The notes beneath the pieces were generated by a model, which saw only the letters and a program-made list of their open reading frames with translations, had not been told where the DNA came from and did not search any database. From positions 2,009,478 to 2,073,477 of the forward strand of contig MU008158.1 in NCBI GenBank assembly GCA_010909165.1: DNA of 64,000 bases. Direction: 5' to 3'. A program made the translations under genes and the position numbers. The DNA comes from Anthoceros angustus. Lineage: Eukaryota > Plantae > Anthocerotophyta. Below, in pieces: positions 63,362-64,000 of this stretch. The stretch's first letter is position 1, and every line of letters starts with the position of its first letter.

Positions 63362-64000
63362 ATGGCGCAGGGAAGGAAGATCGTTGTAGCTGTGGATGAG
63401 AGCGAGACCTCTGCGTATGCCTTCACCTGGGCCTTCCACAACCTGTTTAGGAAAGATGACCGCGTCATTGTGCTCAACGTGGCTCCATTTGTGGGGCTGA
63501 ACGACTTTGCAGACCCCGATTTGGCTGCCGGTGGGTTGCACAGCCTTCTGGGGCGCTGCTGCCCTTGTCTGCCCGAGTTTCTTCTGTCAGTGGCATAATT
63601 GTGTCTCATAAACATGGGTTGAGATTTGTCTGGGTGATTGTATGCGCCGTTGAGCCTGGGCATGCTATCCTAGTTCTCTCTTCGGTATTGGGAAGTTTGG
63701 AACACGAATCTTCTTGTGTCTGACGAAGTTCCGTCCAGAGTGTGCAGTGAGAACGGTGAAACCCATAACAGATAACGAGGCTGCTGAAAAGGCTGTGGCT
63801 GAGGACGCCAAAGCTCTTGTCCACAAGTACATGGATCAATGTGCTCGTGCTGGAGTAAGTTTGTTGTTCGGCCAAGGTCTTTTCTTGGTGTCGTGACTGT
63901 GAGGGTGAGGAAGGACTGGAATGCTCATACACGGAACGGCATGAAAACCTCAGATAGCATGCGAAGGTGAAGTTGTGAAAGGTGAAGCTGGTAGCTGGAT
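63362..64000 (+). CDS. Universal stress protein A-like; exons 63362-63530, 63739-63854 and 63954->64000, continuing past the window
   Basis: MAQGRKIVVAVDESETSAYAFTWA..DRVIVLNV; GT..AG introns keep the frame into ECAV..KYMDQCARAG and IACEGEVVKGEAGSWI. Confidence 0.93.

Overview
Land-plant nuclear sequence, probably a non-seed plant (inferred from the compact intron-containing genes and the TE families; the species cannot be fixed from sequence alone). About 61 kb is a nest of transposons, followed by two divergent host genes (Ycf20-like on -, universal stress protein on +). An old minus-strand Ty1/copia element is cut into three pieces (gag ~59.9-60.8 kb, PR/INT ~38.6-39.6 kb, INT/RT/RH ~7.0-9.0 kb) by two large insertions. 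Insertion 1 (8995-38574) is a CACTA-type element with CCCTA termini, a perfect 30-bp TIR and an AAG target duplication. Its right subterminal region holds a full-length copia and an unusual Ty3/gypsy-type element with PR-RT-RH-INT-PHD, an extra ORF with an HUH/Rep-like PHLQ motif, and split direct repeats (A1...B1-A2-B2) in place of LTRs. Insertion 2 (~39627-59902) has imperfect inverted ends and carries a ParB-like + beta-class N6/N4 DNA methyltransferase gene, a Sola-like DDE transposase and a CACTA transposase. Most TE ORFs are frameshifted, and many of the lesions fall at CAG/CTG sites, which suggests long-read consensus errors at methylated CHG. Three microhomology-bounded tandem duplications (1.3-2.3 kb) may be assembly artefacts. 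Domain calls come from motifs read by eye, not database searches.
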